This document shows, piece by piece, positions 18,001 through 33,103 of a DNA stretch of 64,000 bases. Under the pieces are notes generated by a model. That model did no database searches. It was not told the DNA's origin and saw only the letters and a list, made by a program, of their open reading frames with translations. How positions within the stretch are numbered: the stretch's first letter is position 1; every line of letters starts with the position of its first letter. Position numbers and translations under genes: made by a program. Origin of the DNA: Eledone cirrhosa (Eukaryota); NCBI GenBank assembly GCA_964016885.1, contig OZ024741.1, positions 404,922,001 through 404,986,000 of the forward strand, given 5' to 3'.

Positions 18001-21000
18001 GGACACCAAATATTTAATATATCCAACACTCTTGTCAACGTTTGTGACGACACTGGTCCACCAGTCCTGGTATATATGGTATACCAATGCTGGACACCAA
18101 ATATTAAATATATCTAAAGTATTGTCACCATTACTGACAACACTGGTCCACCAGTCCTGGTATATATGGTATACCAATCCTGGACACCAACTATTAACTT
18201 TATCCAACACTATTGTCGCCATTACTGACGACACTGGTCCACTAGTCCTGGTATATTTGGTATACCAATCCTGGACGCCAAATATTTAATTTATCCAACA
18301 CAATTGTTACCATTATTGCCGACACTGGTCCACCACTCCTGGTATATATGGTATACCAATCCTGGACGCCAAATATTAAATATATCTAAAGTATTGTCAC
18401 CATTACTGACGACACTGGTCCACCGGTCCTGGTATATATGGTATACCAATCCTGGACACCAAATATTAAATATATCCAACACTATTGTCAACATTACTGA
18501 CGTCACTGGTCCGCCAGTCCTGGTATATACGTTATACCAATCCTGGACACCAAATATTAAATATATCCAACGCTATTGTCACCATTACTGACAGCACTGG
18601 TCCACCAGTCCTGGTATATATGGTATCCCAATCCGGGACACTAAATATTAAATATATCCAACGCTATTGTCACCATTACTGATGACACTGGTCCACTAGA
18701 CCTGGTATATATGGTATACCAATCCTGGACACCAAATATTAAATATATCCAAAACTATTGTCAACATTACTGACGACACTGGTCCACTAGTCCTGGAATA
18801 TATGGTGTACCAATCCTGGACACCAAATATTAAATATATCTAACACTATTGTCCCCATTACTGACGGCACTGGTCCAGTAGTCCTGGTATATATGGTATA
18901 CCAAACCTGTATACCAACTATTAAATATATACAAAACTATTGTCACCATTACTGACGGCACTGGTCCACTAGTCCCGGTATATATGGTATACCAATCCTA
19001 GACACCAAGTATGAAATATATCCAACAATATTGTCACCATTACTGACCACACTGGTCCACTAGTCATGGTATATATGGTATACCAATCCTGGCCACCAAA
19101 TATTAAATATATCCAACACTATTGTCACCATTACTGACGGCACTGTTCCACCAGTTCTGGTATATATGGTATACCAATCCTAGACACCAAATATTTAATT
19201 CATCCAACACAATTGTCAACATTACTGCCGACACTGGTCCACCAGTCCTGGTATATATGTTATACCAATCCTGGACATCAACTATTAAATATATCCAAAA
19301 TTATTGTCACCATTACTGACGACACTGGTGCACTAGTCCTGGTATATATGTTATACCAATACAGGACACCAAATATTAAATATATCCAACACTAATGTCA
19401 CCATTATTGACGACACTGGTCCACCAGTCCTGGTATATATGGTATACCAATCCTGCACACCAAATATTAAATATATCCAACAATAATGTCACCATTACTG
19501 ACGACAATGGTCCATTAGACCTGGTTTATATTGTATACCAATCCTTGACACCAAATATTAAATATATCAAACAATAATGTCACAATTACTGACGACACTG
19601 GTCCACCAGTCTTGGTATATATGGTATACCAATCCTGGACACCTAATTTTAAATATATCCAACACTATTGTCACCATTACTGTAGAAAATGGTCCACTAG
19701 ACCTGGTGTATATGGTATACCAATCCTGGACGCAAATATTTAATATATCCTACTCTATTGACACCATGACTGACGACACAGGTCCACTAGACCTGGTTTA
19801 TAATGTATACCAATCCTTGACACTAAATATTAAATATATCAAACAATAATGTCACAATTATTAACGCCACTGGTCCACCAGTCCTGGAATATATGGTATA
19901 CCAATCCTGGACACCAAATATTAAATATATCCAACACTAATGTCACCATTATTGACGACACTGGTCCACCAGTCCTGGTATATATGGAATCCCAATCCTG
20001 GTCACGAGATATTAAATATATCCAACGCTATTGTCACCGTTACTGACGGCACTGGTCCACCAGTCCTGGTATATATGGTATCCCAATCCGGGACACTAAA
20101 TATTAAATATATCCAACGCTATTTTCACCATTACTGACGACCCTGGTCCACTAGACCTGGTATATATGGTATACCAATCCTGGAAACCAAATATTAAATA
20201 TATCCAAAACTATTGCCACCATTACTGACAACACTGGTCCACTAGTCCTGGTATATATGGTATACCAATCCTGGACACCTAATTTTAAATATATCCAACA
20301 CTATTGTCACCATTAGTGACTGCATTTGTCCAACAGTCCTGGTATATATGGTATACCAATCCTGGATAACAACTATTAAATATATACAACAATATTGTCA
20401 CCATTACTGACGGCACTGGTCCACTAGTCCTGGTATATATGGTATACCAATCCTAGACACCAAGTATGAAATATATCCAACAATATTGTCACCATTACTG
20501 ACGACACTTGTCCACTAGTCCTGGTATATATGGTATACCATTCCTGGACACCAAATATTTAATATATCCAACACTCTTGTCAACGTTTGTGACGACACTG
20601 GTCCACCAGTCCTGGTATATATGGTATACCAATCCTGGACACCAAATATTAAATATATCCAACAATATTTTCAACATTACTGACGACACTGGTCCACCAT
20701 TCCTGGTATGTATGATATACCAATCCTGGAACCAAATATTTAATTTATACAACACTATTGTCACCATTACTGACGGCACTGGTCCACTAGTTCTGGTAAA
20801 TATTGTATACCAATCCTAGACACCAACTATTAAATATATCCAACGCTATTGTCACCATTACTGACGACACTGGTCCACTATTCCTAGTATATATGGTATA
20901 CCAATCCTGGACACCAAATATTAAATATATCCAAAGTATTGTCACCATTACTGACGACACTGGTCCACTAGTTCTGGTATATATGGTATACCAATCCTGG

Positions 21001-24000
21001 ACACCAAATATTAAATATATCCAACATTATTGTCACCATTACTGACAGCACTGGTCAACCAGATCTGGTATATATGGTATACCAATCCTGGACATCAACT
21101 ATTAAATATATCCAAAATTATTGTCACCATTACTGACGACACTGGTCCACTAGTCCTGGTATATATGGTATACCAATCCTGCACACCAAATATTAAATAT
21201 ATCCAACAATAATGTCACCATTACTGACGACACTGGTCCACTAGACCTAGTTTATATTGTATACCAATCCTTGACACCAAATATTAAATATATCAAACAA
21301 TAATGTCACAATTACTGACGACACTGGTCCACCAGTCCTGGTATATATGGTATACCAATCCTGGATACCAACTATTAAATATATACAACACTATTGTCAC
21401 CATTACTGACGGCACTGGTCCACTAGTTCTGGTATATATTGTATACCAATCCTAGACACCAAATATGAAATATATCCATTAATATTGTCACCATTACTGA
21501 CGGCACTGGTCCACTAGTCCTGGTATATATGGTATAGCAATCCTGGACACCAACTATTAAATATATCCAACGTAATTGTCACATTACTGACGACACTGGT
21601 CCACTATTCCTAGTATATATGGTATACTAATCCTGGACACCAAATATTAAATATATCCAACACTATTGTCACCATTACTGACAACACTGGTCCACTAGTC
21701 CTGGTATATATGGTATCCCAATCCGGGACACTAAATATTAAATATATCCAACGCTATTGTCACCATTACTGACGACACTCGTCCACCAGTCCTGGTATAT
21801 ATGTTATACCAATCCTGGACACTAAATATTAAATATATCCAACACTATTGTCACCATTACTGACGGCACTGTTCCACCAGTTCTGGTATATATGGTATAC
21901 CAATCCTGGACACGAAATATTTAATTTATCCAACACAATTGTCAACATTACTGCCGACACTGGTCCACCAGTCCTGGTATATATGGTATACCAATCCTGG
22001 ACACCAAATATTAAATATATCCAACACTATTGTCACCATTACTGACGACACTGGTCTACCAGTCCTGGCATATATGGTATACCAATCCTGCACACCAAAT
22101 ATTAAATATATACAACGATATTGTCACCATTGCTGACGACACTGGTCCACCAGTCCTGGTATATATGGTATACCGATCCTGGACACCAAATATTTAATAT
22201 ATCCAATGCTATTGTCACCATTACTGACGACACTGGTACACTATTCCTGGTATATATGGTATACCAATCCTAGACACCAAGTATGAAATATATCAAACAA
22301 TATTGTCACCATTACTGACGACACTGGTCCACCAGTCCTGGTATATATGGTATACCAATCCTGGACACCAAATATTAAATATATCCAACACTATTGTCAC
22401 CATTACTGACGACACTGGTCCACCAGTCCTGGTATATATGGTATACCAATCCTGGACATCAACTATTAAATATATCCAAAATTATTGTCGCAATTACTGA
22501 CGACACTGGTCCATCAGTCCTGGTATATATGGTATTCCAATCCTGAATACCAACTATTAAATATATACAACACTATTGTCACCATTACTGACGGCACTGG
22601 TCCACTAGTTCTGGTATATATTGTATACCAATCCTAGACACCAAGTATGAAATATATCCAACAATATTGTCACCATTACTGACGACACTGGTCCACTAGT
22701 CCTAGTATATATGGTATAGCAATCCTGGACACCAAATATTAAATATATCCAACGCTATTGTCACCATTACTGACGACACTGGTCCACTATTCCTAGTATA
22801 TATGGTATACCAATCCTGGACACCAAATATTAAATATATCCAACACTATTGTCACCATTACTGACAAATCTGGTCCACTACTCCTGGTATATATGGTATT
22901 CCAATCCGGGACACTAAATATTAAATATATCCAACGATATTGTCACGATTACTGACGACACTGGTCCACCAGTCCTGGTATATATGGTATACCAATCCTG
23001 GACACCAAATATTTAATATATCCAACGATATTGTCACCATTACTGACGACACTGGTACACTATTCCTAGTTTAAATGGTATACCAATCCTGGACACCAAA
23101 TATTAAATATAACCAACGCTCTTGTCACCATTATTGACGGAACTGGTCCACCAGTCCTGGTATATATGGTATACCAATCCTGGACACCGAATATTAAATA
23201 TATCCAAAACTATTGTCACCATTACTGACGACACTGGTCCACTAGTCCTGGTATATATGATATATCAATCCTGGACACCAAATATTAAATATATCCAACA
23301 CTATTGTCACCATTACTGACGGCACTGTTCCACCAGTTCTGGTATATATGGTATACCAATCCTGGACACCAAATATTTAAATTATCCAACACAATTGTCA
23401 ACATTACTGCCGACACTGGTCCACCAGTCCTGGTATATATGGTATACCAATCCTGGACATCAACTATTAAATATATCCAAAATTATTGTCACCATTACTG
23501 ACGACACTGGTCCACTAGTCCTGGTATATATGGTATACCAATCCTGGACACCAAATATTAAATATATCCAACACTATTGTCACGATTACTGACGACACTG
23601 GTCCACCAGTCCTGGTATATATGGTATACCAATCCTGGACACCAACTATTAAATATATCCAACACTATTGTTGCCATTACTGACGACACTGGTCCACTAG
23701 TCCTGGTATATTTGATATACCAATCCTGGACACCAAATATTAAATATATCTAACACTATTGTCACCATTACTGACGGCACTGGTCCACCATTCCTGGTAT
23801 ATATGGTATACCAATCCTAGACACCAAGTATGAAATATATCAAACAATATTGTCACCATTACTGACGAAACTGGTCCACTAGTCCTGGTATATATGGTAT
23901 ACCAATCCTGGCCACCAAATATTAAATATATCCAACAATAATGTCACAATTACTGACGACACTGGTCCACCAGTCCTGGTATATATGGTATACCAATCCT

Positions 24001-27000
24001 GGACACCAAATATTAAATATATCCAAAGTATTGTCACCATTACTGACGACACTGGTCCACTAGTCCTGGTATATATGGTATACCAATCCTGGACACCAAA
24101 TATTAAATATATCCAACATTATTATCACCATTACTGACAGCACTGGTCCACCAGTCCTGGTATATATGGTATACCAATCCTGGACATCAGCTATTAAATA
24201 TATCGAAAATTATTGTCACCATTACTGACTACACTGGTCCACTAGTCCTGGTATATATGGTATACCAATCCTGCACACCAAATATTAAATATATCCAACA
24301 ATAATGTCACCATTACTGACGACACTGGTCCACTAGACCTGGTTTATATTGTATACCAATCCTTGACACCAAATATTATATATATCAAACAATAATGTCA
24401 CAATTACTGACGACACTGGTCCACCAGTCCTGGTATATATGGTATACCAATCCTGGACACCTAATTTTAAATATATCCAACACTATTGTCACCATTACTG
24501 ACGATACTGGTCCACTAGTCCTGGTATATATAATATAGCAATCCTGGACACCAAATATTAAATATATTCAACGCTATTGTCACCATTACTGACGACACTG
24601 GTCCACTATTCCTAGTATATATGGTATACCAATCCTGGACACCAAATATTAAATATATCCAAAGTATTGTCACCATTACTGACGACACTGGTCCACTAGT
24701 CCTGGTATATATGGTATACCAATCCTGGACACCAAATATTAAATATATCCAACATTATTGTCACCATTACTGACAGCACTGGTCAACCAGATCTTGTATA
24801 TATGGTATACCAATCCTGGACATCAACTATTAAATATATCCAAAATTATTGTCACCATTACTGACGACACTGGTCCACTAGTCCTGGTATATATGGTATA
24901 CCAATCCTGCACACCAAATATTAAATATATCCAACAATAATGTCACCATTACTGACGACACTGGTCCACTAGACCTAGTTTATATTGTATACCAATCCTT
25001 GACACCAAATATTAAATATATCAAACAATAATGTCACAATTACTGACGACACTGGTCCACCAGTCCTGGTATATATGGTATACCAATCCTGGATACCAAC
25101 TATTAAATATATACAACACTATTGTCACCATTACTGACGGCACTGGTCCACTAGTTCTGGTATATATTGTATACCAATCCTAGACACCAAGTATGAAATA
25201 TATCCATTAATATTGTCACCATTACTGACGGCACTGGTCCACTAGTCCTGGTATATATGGTATAGCAATCCTGGACACCAACTATTAAATATATCCAACG
25301 TAATTGTCACATTACTGACGACACTGGTCCACTATTCCTAGTATATATGGTATACCAATCCTGGACACCAAATATTAAATATATCCAACACTATTGTCAC
25401 CATTACTGACGACACTGGTCCACCAGTCCTGGTATATATGGTATACCAATCCTGCACACCAAATATTAAATATATACAACGATATTGTCACCATTACTGA
25501 CGACACTGGTCCACCAGTCCTGGTATATATGGTATACCGATCCTGGACACCAAATATTTAATATACCCAATGCTATTGTCACCATTACTGACGACACTGG
25601 TACACTATTCCTGGTATATATGGTATACCAATCCTAGACACCAAGTATGAAATATATCAAACAATATTGTCACCATTACTGACGACACTGGTCCACCAGT
25701 CCTGGTATATATGGTATACCAATCCTGGACACCAAATATTAAATATATCCAAAGTATTGTCACCATTACTGCTGACACTGGTCCACCAGTCCTGGTATAT
25801 TTGATATACCAATCCTGGACACCAAATATTAAATATATCCAACACTATTGTAACCATTACTGACGGCACTGGTCCACCATTCCTGGTATATATGGTATAC
25901 CAATCCTAGACACCAAGTATGAAATATATCAAACAATATTGTCACCATTACTGACGACACTGGTCCACTAGTCCTGGTATATATGGTATACCAATCCTGG
26001 CCACCAAATATTAAATATATCCAACAATAATGTCACAATTACTGACGACACTGGTCCACCAGTCCTGGTATATATGGTATACCAATCCTGGACACCAAAT
26101 ATTAAATATATCCAAAGTATTGTCACCATTACTGACGACACTGGTCCACTAGTCCTGGTATATATGGTATACCAATCCTGGACACCAAATATTAAATATA
26201 TCCAACAATAATGTCACCATTACTGACGACACTGGTCCACTAGACCTAGTTTATATTGTATACCAATCCTTGACACCAAATATTAAATATATCAAACAAT
26301 AATGTCACAATTACTGACGACACTGGTCCACCAGTCCTGGTATATATGGTATACCAATCCTGGATACCAACTATTAAATATATACAACACTATTGTCACC
26401 ATTACTGACGGCACTGGTCCACTAGTCCTGGTATATATGGTATAGCAATCCTGGACACCAAATATTAAATATTTCCAAAGTATTGTCACCATTACTGACG
26501 GCACTTTTCCACCAGTTCTGGTATATATGGTATACCAATCCTGGACACCAAATATTTAATTTATCCAACACAATTGTCAACATTACTACCGACACTGGTC
26601 CACCAGTCCTGGTATATATGTTATACCAATCCTGGACATCAACTATTAAATATATCCAAAATTATTGTCACCATTACTGACGACACTGGTCCACTAGGCC
26701 TTGTATATATGGTATACCAATCCTGGACACCAAATATTAGATATATCCAACACTATTGTCACCATTACTGACGACACTGGTCCACCAGTCCTGGTATATA
26801 TGGTATACCAATCCTGGACACCAAATATTAAATATATCCAAAGTATTGTCACCATTACTGACGACACTGGTCCACCAGTCCTGGTATATATGGTATGCCA
26901 ATCCTGGACACCAACTATTAAATATATCCAACACTATTGTTGCCATTACTGACGACACTGTTCCACTAGTCCTGGTATATTTGATATACCAATCCTGGAC

Positions 27001-30000
27001 ACCAAATATTAAATATATCTAACACTATTGTCACCATTACTGACGGCACTGGTTCACCATTCCTGGTATATATGGTATACCAATCCTAGACACCAAGTAT
27101 GAAATATATCAAACAATATTGTCACCATTACTGACGACACTGGTCCACTAGTCCTGGTATATATGGTATACCAATCCTGGACACCAAATATTAAATATAT
27201 CCAAAGTATTGTCACCATTACTGACGACACTGGTCCACTAGTCCTGGTATATATGGTATACCAATCCTGGACACCAAATATTAAATATATCCAACATTAT
27301 TATCACCATTACTGACAGCACTGGTCCACCAGTCCTGGTATATATGGTATAGCAATCCTGGACATCAGCTATTAAATATATCGAAAATTATTGTCACCAT
27401 TACTGACGACACTGGTCCACTAGTCCTTGTATATATGGTATACCAATCCTGCACACCAAATATTAAATATATCCAACAATAATGTCACCATTACTGACGA
27501 CACTGGTCCACTAGACCTGGTTTATATTGTATACCAATCCTTGACACCAAATATTAAATATATCAAACAATAATGTCACAATTACTGACGACACTGGTCC
27601 ACCAGTCCTGGTATATATGGTATACCAATCCTGGACAGCTAATTTTAAATATATCCAACACTATTGTCACCATTACTGACGATACTGGTCCACTAGTCCT
27701 GGTATATATAATATAGCAATCCTGGACACCAAATATTAAATATATCCAACGCTATTGTCACCATTACTGACGACACTGGTCCACTATTCCTAGTATATAT
27801 GGTATACCAATCCTGGACACCAAATATTAAATATATCCAAAGTATTGTCACCATTACTGACGACACTGGTCCACTAGTCCTGGTATATATGGTATACCAA
27901 TCCTGAACACCAAATATTAAATATATCCAACATTATTGTCACCATTACTGACAACACTGGTTCACCAGTCCTGGTATATATGGTATACCATTCCTGGACA
28001 TCAACTATTAAATATATCCAAAATTATTGTCACCATTACTGACGACACTGGTCCACTAGTCCTGGTATATATGGTATACCAATCCTGCACACCAAATATT
28101 AAATATATCCAACAATAATGTCACCATTACTGACGACACTGGTCCACTAGACCTAGTTTATATTGTATACCAATCCTTGACACCAAATATTAAATATATC
28201 AAACAATAATGTCACAATTACTGACGACACTGTTCCACCAGTCCTGGTATATATGGTATACCAATCCTGGATACCAACTATTAAATATATACAACACTAT
28301 TGTCACCATTACTGACGGCACTGGTCCACTAGTTCTGGTATATATTGTATACCAATCCTAGACACCAAGTATGAAATATATCCAACAATATTGTCACCAT
28401 TACTGACGACACTGGTCCACTAGTCCTGGTATATATGATATATCAATCCTGGACACCAAATATTAAATATATCCAACACTATTGTCACCATTACTGACGG
28501 CACTGTTCCACCAGTTCTGGTATATATGGTATACCAATCCTGGACACCAAATATTTAAATTATCCAACACAATTGTCAACATTACTGCCGACACTGGTCC
28601 ACCAGTCCTGGTATATATGGTATACCAATCCTGGACATCAACTATTAAATATATCCAAAATTATTGTCACCATTACTGACGACACTGGTCCACTAGTCCT
28701 GGTATATATGGTATACCAATCCTGGACACCAAATATTAAATATATCCAACACTATTGTCACGATTACTGACGACACTGGTCCACCAGTCCTGGTATATAT
28801 GGTATACCAATCCTGGACACCAAATATTAAATATATCCAACGTAATTGTCACATTACTGACGACACTGGTCCACTATTCCTAGTATATATGGTATACCAA
28901 TCCTGGACACCAAATATTAAATATATCCAACACTATTGTCACCATTACTGACAACACTGGTCCACTAGTCCTGGTATATATGGTATCCCAATCCGGGACA
29001 CTAAATATTAAATATATCCAACGCTATTGTCACCATTACTGACGACACTGGTCCACCAGTCCTGGTATATATGGTATACCAATCCTGGACACCAAATATT
29101 TAATTTATCTAACACAATTGTCACCATTATTGACGACACTGGTCCACCAGTCCTGGTATATATGGTATACCAATCCTGGACATCAACTATTAAATATATC
29201 CAAAATTATTGTCACCATTACTGACGACACTGGTCCACTAGTCCTGGTATATATGGTATACCAATCCTGGACACCAAATATTAAATATATCCAATACTAT
29301 TGTCACCATTACTGACGACACTGGTCCACCAGTCCTGGTATATATGGTATACCAATCCTGCACACCAAATATTAAATATATCCAACACTAATGTCACCAT
29401 TACTGACGGCACTGGTTCACCATTCCTAGTATATATGGTATACCAATCCTGGACACCAACTATTAAATATATCCAACACTATTGTTGCCATTACTGACGA
29501 TACTGTTCCACTAGTCCTGGTATATTTGATATACCAATCCTGGACACCAAATATTAAATATATCTAACACTATTGTCACCATTACTGACGGCACTGGTTC
29601 ACCATTCCTTGTATATATGGTATACCAATCCTGGACACCAAATATTAAATATATCCAATACTATTGTCACCATTACTGACGGCACTGGTTCACCATTCCT
29701 GGTATATATGGTATACCAATCCTGGACACCAACTATTAAATATATCCAACACTATTGTTGCCATTACTGACGACACTGGTCCACCAGTCCTGGTATATAT
29801 GGTATACGAATCCTGGACATCAACTATTAAATATATCCAAAATTATTGTCACCATTACTGACGACACTGGTCCACTAGTCCTGGTATATATGGTATACCA
29901 ATCCTGGACACCAAATATTAAATATATCCAATACTATTGTCACCATTACTGACGACACTGGTCCACCAGTCCTGGTATATATGGTATACCAATCCTGCAC

Positions 30001-30296
30001 ACCAAATATTAAATATATCCAACACTAATGTCACCATTATTGACGACACTGGTCCACCAGTCCTGGTATATATGGTATACCAATCCTGCACACCAAATAT
30101 TAAATACATCCAACAATAATGTCACCATTACTGACGACACTGGTCCACTAGACCAGGTTTATATTGTATACCAATCCTTGACACCAAATATTAAATATAT
30201 CAAACAATAATGTCACAATTACTGACGACACTGGTCGACCAGTCTTGTTATATATGGTATGCCAATCCTGGACACCAACTATTAAATATATCCAAC
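1..30296. repeat. 91-bp tandem satellite array, ~330 monomers; continues off the left edge
   Basis: Consensus TTGTCACCATTACTGACGACACTGGTCCACCAGTCCTGGTATATATGGTATACCAATCCTGGACACCAAATATTAAATATATCCAACACTA (91 nt) repeats head-to-tail. ORF-track starts recur at multiples of 91. The array ends at ...TATCCAAC 30296. Confidence 0.99.
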
Positions 30297-30302
30297 TTTA
30301 TT

Positions 30303-30489
30303 GGTGGATTGGCAGTATCGGTAGAAGGTCGAACGCCATCCTTTGCAGCATAGAGTTCCGGTCCTTTCTCGTCTGATTTCAAATCCCACCGAGGTTAACT
30401 TTGCTTGTCATCCTTACGGGGTCGATAATATAAAGTACCATTAATGCACTGGGATAATTGCTGACCTTGTGCCAAAAGTAGAGAACAAT
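30303..30489 (+). mobile_element. tRNA-derived SINE, short variant, abutting the satellite end
   Basis: A-box-like TGGCAGTATCGG, B-box-like GATTTCAAATCC, core TTAACTTTGCTTGTCATCCTTACGGGGTCGATAA..AAGTACC, 3' CTTGTGCCAAAAGTAGA. Closely similar to the copy at 55217-55393. Confidence 0.88.
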
Positions 30490-30632
30490 CTTTGACGTCA
30501 AGAGTTAACAAAATATACTGCTGATGGAAGAAGGCATTGAAATTACCCAGGGGTGTTTGAACTGAACTTCAATAAACAGGTACATTAATATCATATGTAA
30601 TTGTTGGGATGTTCATTATATCTAAATGAAGA

Positions 30633-31195
30633 GCGGGGGTTTGGCAGAATGTTTTGAACCTTCTTCTTCTTCTTCTTCTTCTTCTTCTTCTTCTTCTTCT
30701 TCTTCTTCTTCTTCTTCTGCTGGATCGCCCACTTATTCCTGAGAGGGTCGTGGGGAGACAGAGTCCTTAAACACACCTTCCAGCTGGTCCTGTCAGAAGC
30801 AATCATCTCCAACTGACCCGGCTGGATCCCCAAGCGAGACCAACCAAACTCATGTTTGTTAGCCAACCATCCTGCTCGAGTTCTGCCCCTGGATCTCCTG
30901 ACGGTTGGTTTTGCCCGTAAAATCTGTCCAGCTATTCTTTCCGCTACTTCTCCGAATTGGAAGATCACAGCTCTGATAATACAGAGATGTGGTTAGAATG
31001 TCTCAGGAAAGAATAGCTAGAATCTTTAAACCTCCCGACAAAATAATTTACGATATGTCATCACGGTTCTTTACCTTCTGTGTTCTTATCCTGTCCTGGT
31101 CAACTTTGCCTTTCGTCATTCCGGGGTCGATAAAATAAAGTACATCTTAAATACTGATATCGACCCCTAAAATTGCTGTCCTTGTCCCTATATTT
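30633..31195 (+). mobile_element. Degenerate SINE of the same family, split by an RTE insertion
   Basis: Head GCGGGGGTTTGGCAGAAT at 30633-30650. The body resumes at ~31019 with core GTCAACTTTGCCTTTCGTCATTCCGGGGTCGATAAAATAAAGTAC. Confidence 0.7.
30661..31018 (-). mobile_element. RTE-clade LINE 3' end with (GAA)n tail and 5' inversion
   Basis: Minus-strand translation ERIAGQILRAKPTVRRSRGRTRAGW..FGWSRLGI..L..IASDRTSW resembles the RTE/Rex3-Expander C-terminus. (TTC)n at 30661-30718 is the tail. 30941-31018 is the upstream segment in inverted orientation. Confidence 0.8.
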
Positions 31196-31218
31196 AAGAC
31201 GGTGGCAGCGACTCTGAG

Positions 31219-31261
31219 GGTGGTGGTGGTGGTGGTGATGGTGGTGATGATGGTGGTGGTT
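31219..31261. repeat. (GGT/GAT)n microsatellite
   Basis: Read directly from the sequence. Confidence 0.9.
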
Positions 31262-31949
31262 GAGATAGCAACGACCACGACAGTGGTAGTGGGTGAGGCG
31301 GTGGGGGTGTATGGATGTAACCAGCCGACAAAATATGTCTATCAACCAAGATCAAATAAATATAGATATTTAATATTCTAAGGGCCGCTGCACAAAGGGG
31401 AACCGGTGATGACTTGGAAATCTTTTTACAGTGCTTCAGAATGTGATGAAAATGTGGTGGGTTTGAAACCATTACTCTTGACTCATCACTGGACATTGCA
31501 CTATCTTTTGACCAGCTATCTAATCAGAATAACAACAGGTTTCTACCAGACGTCATCTAATTGTGTTGTAGCAGAACTGACAGAATAATGGACGCATTTT
31601 CTTATCTTATTTAACGTTTCAGTTTAAAACGTCGCAGAGTTGAATCTGACTTTTTCTGGGATCGATTAAATAATTATCTAATAGGTTCAGAGATCGATTC
31701 CATCTTTTGTTTTGTATTTTTGTACTTTTTTGGCATATATCCGTGGCCTTCTGCCTATGTTAGAAATGATTATCCTTAAGTAAAGGTGTGGTGTTAGAAA
31801 GGGGAAGAGTGAGGGGTTAAGTCCCCGGTGGTATTCAATGAATTCTCTTTAAATTATGATTTAAATATTGGCAGAGTTAAATCTAACTTTCATAACATTA
31901 AGCTCAATAAAATAAGCACAAGTAGTACATTAATATATGAATATATATG

Positions 31950-32105
31950 GCAACAAATTGTGAGAGTCTTTAGGGTGTCGGATAGAATCCTTTCGTTGTT
32001 CATTCCAGCTCTCTGCTCTCTGCGTTCAAATCCCGCCGGTGTCAACTTTGCCTGTCATTCATTCTAGGTCGATAAAAAAGTTACCAGTCAAGTACTGGGG
32101 TCGAT
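31950..32105 (+). mobile_element. Degenerate tRNA-derived SINE
   Basis: GTTCAAATCCCGCCGGTGTCAACTTTGCCTGTCATT...GGTCGATAAAAAAGTTACCAGTCAAGTACTGGGGTCGAT matches the family core. Confidence 0.8.
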
Positions 32106-33103
32106 ACTTCCTCTATATCTCTATCTCACTTCCATCATCTCACTCTCTATCCCTCTCTGGAGGAAATGTACTATATTCAGGCTTGGAGAGGAGATGGGCT
32201 CCACCAGGTTTTTAAAATGCCCTAGAAACGCCGTATGTCAATATGGCGCCCCTACGACTCCCACTTGAGTTACACGACCATACCATACACTATCAATATA
32301 CACTATTGGATATATAAGCATCCTTCTATACATTTATATGTATTATCTTCTTATTTCTATTTCGATATCTAGATTTAGAGATGTTCATAGCATTGTTTAA
32401 TTACGTTAAAGAATTCAATTATGTCTCAGATTGTGTCCCATAGTTAAGATACTTTTTAGTCTATCTCTCAAAATTGTTTTACTATGTTCAGATTTCGATT
32501 ATGTCTTAGACTTCCTTCCATAATTAAAGTCTTTAAAGCGTTATACTCCAACTCGTTTTATTGTGGTGACAAATTCTATTAAATCTTCAATTTTATTCCA
32601 TAGTTAAAGTAATTGAAAGTTTAATTGTTAAACATGTTTCATTCTGTGTTCGTTAGTTTCTATGTCTTCCATACTTTCTATGTCTTCCATAGTAAAGCCT
32701 AACACTCAAATCCATGCCGTAACAAGCACAATATAGTTTTATATTTCTACCAGATTTTATTTTAGTGAAATTGAATTATAGTTATTACTATCACACAATA
32801 TGTGACATGTGCGCGCTGTTATGTTTGATTGATATCATTAAATAGTTATAATTAACTGGCACAATGTGTCGACTTAATTACGTGAGTATTAACGGGGGTC
32901 GGCTGTCTAGGAATGAGGGATGCTAGAGTTGTTAAATCTTGCATCCATTAATTTCAACTCTTCTTAATAATAACTGCATTGTTTCTTTCTAAGGACGATG
33001 CTGAAAAATATGCCTTATTTGGTCATTCCATGAGAGTATCTTGGTCAGACTATGAATTTTCCTCATATGGACTGTTCACACGACCCTCATACGTGCCGAC
33101 ACC

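Noticed and set aside
150-30210. Over a hundred 60-115 aa ORFs (MSPLLTTLVHQSWYIWYTNPGHQ...)
   Set aside because: These are artefacts of translating a 91-bp repeat that rotates through frames. Stops recur and there is no sign of coding constraint.
31100-31496. His-rich and Pro-rich ORFs
   Set aside because: They derive from a (GGT)n microsatellite and SINE sequence.
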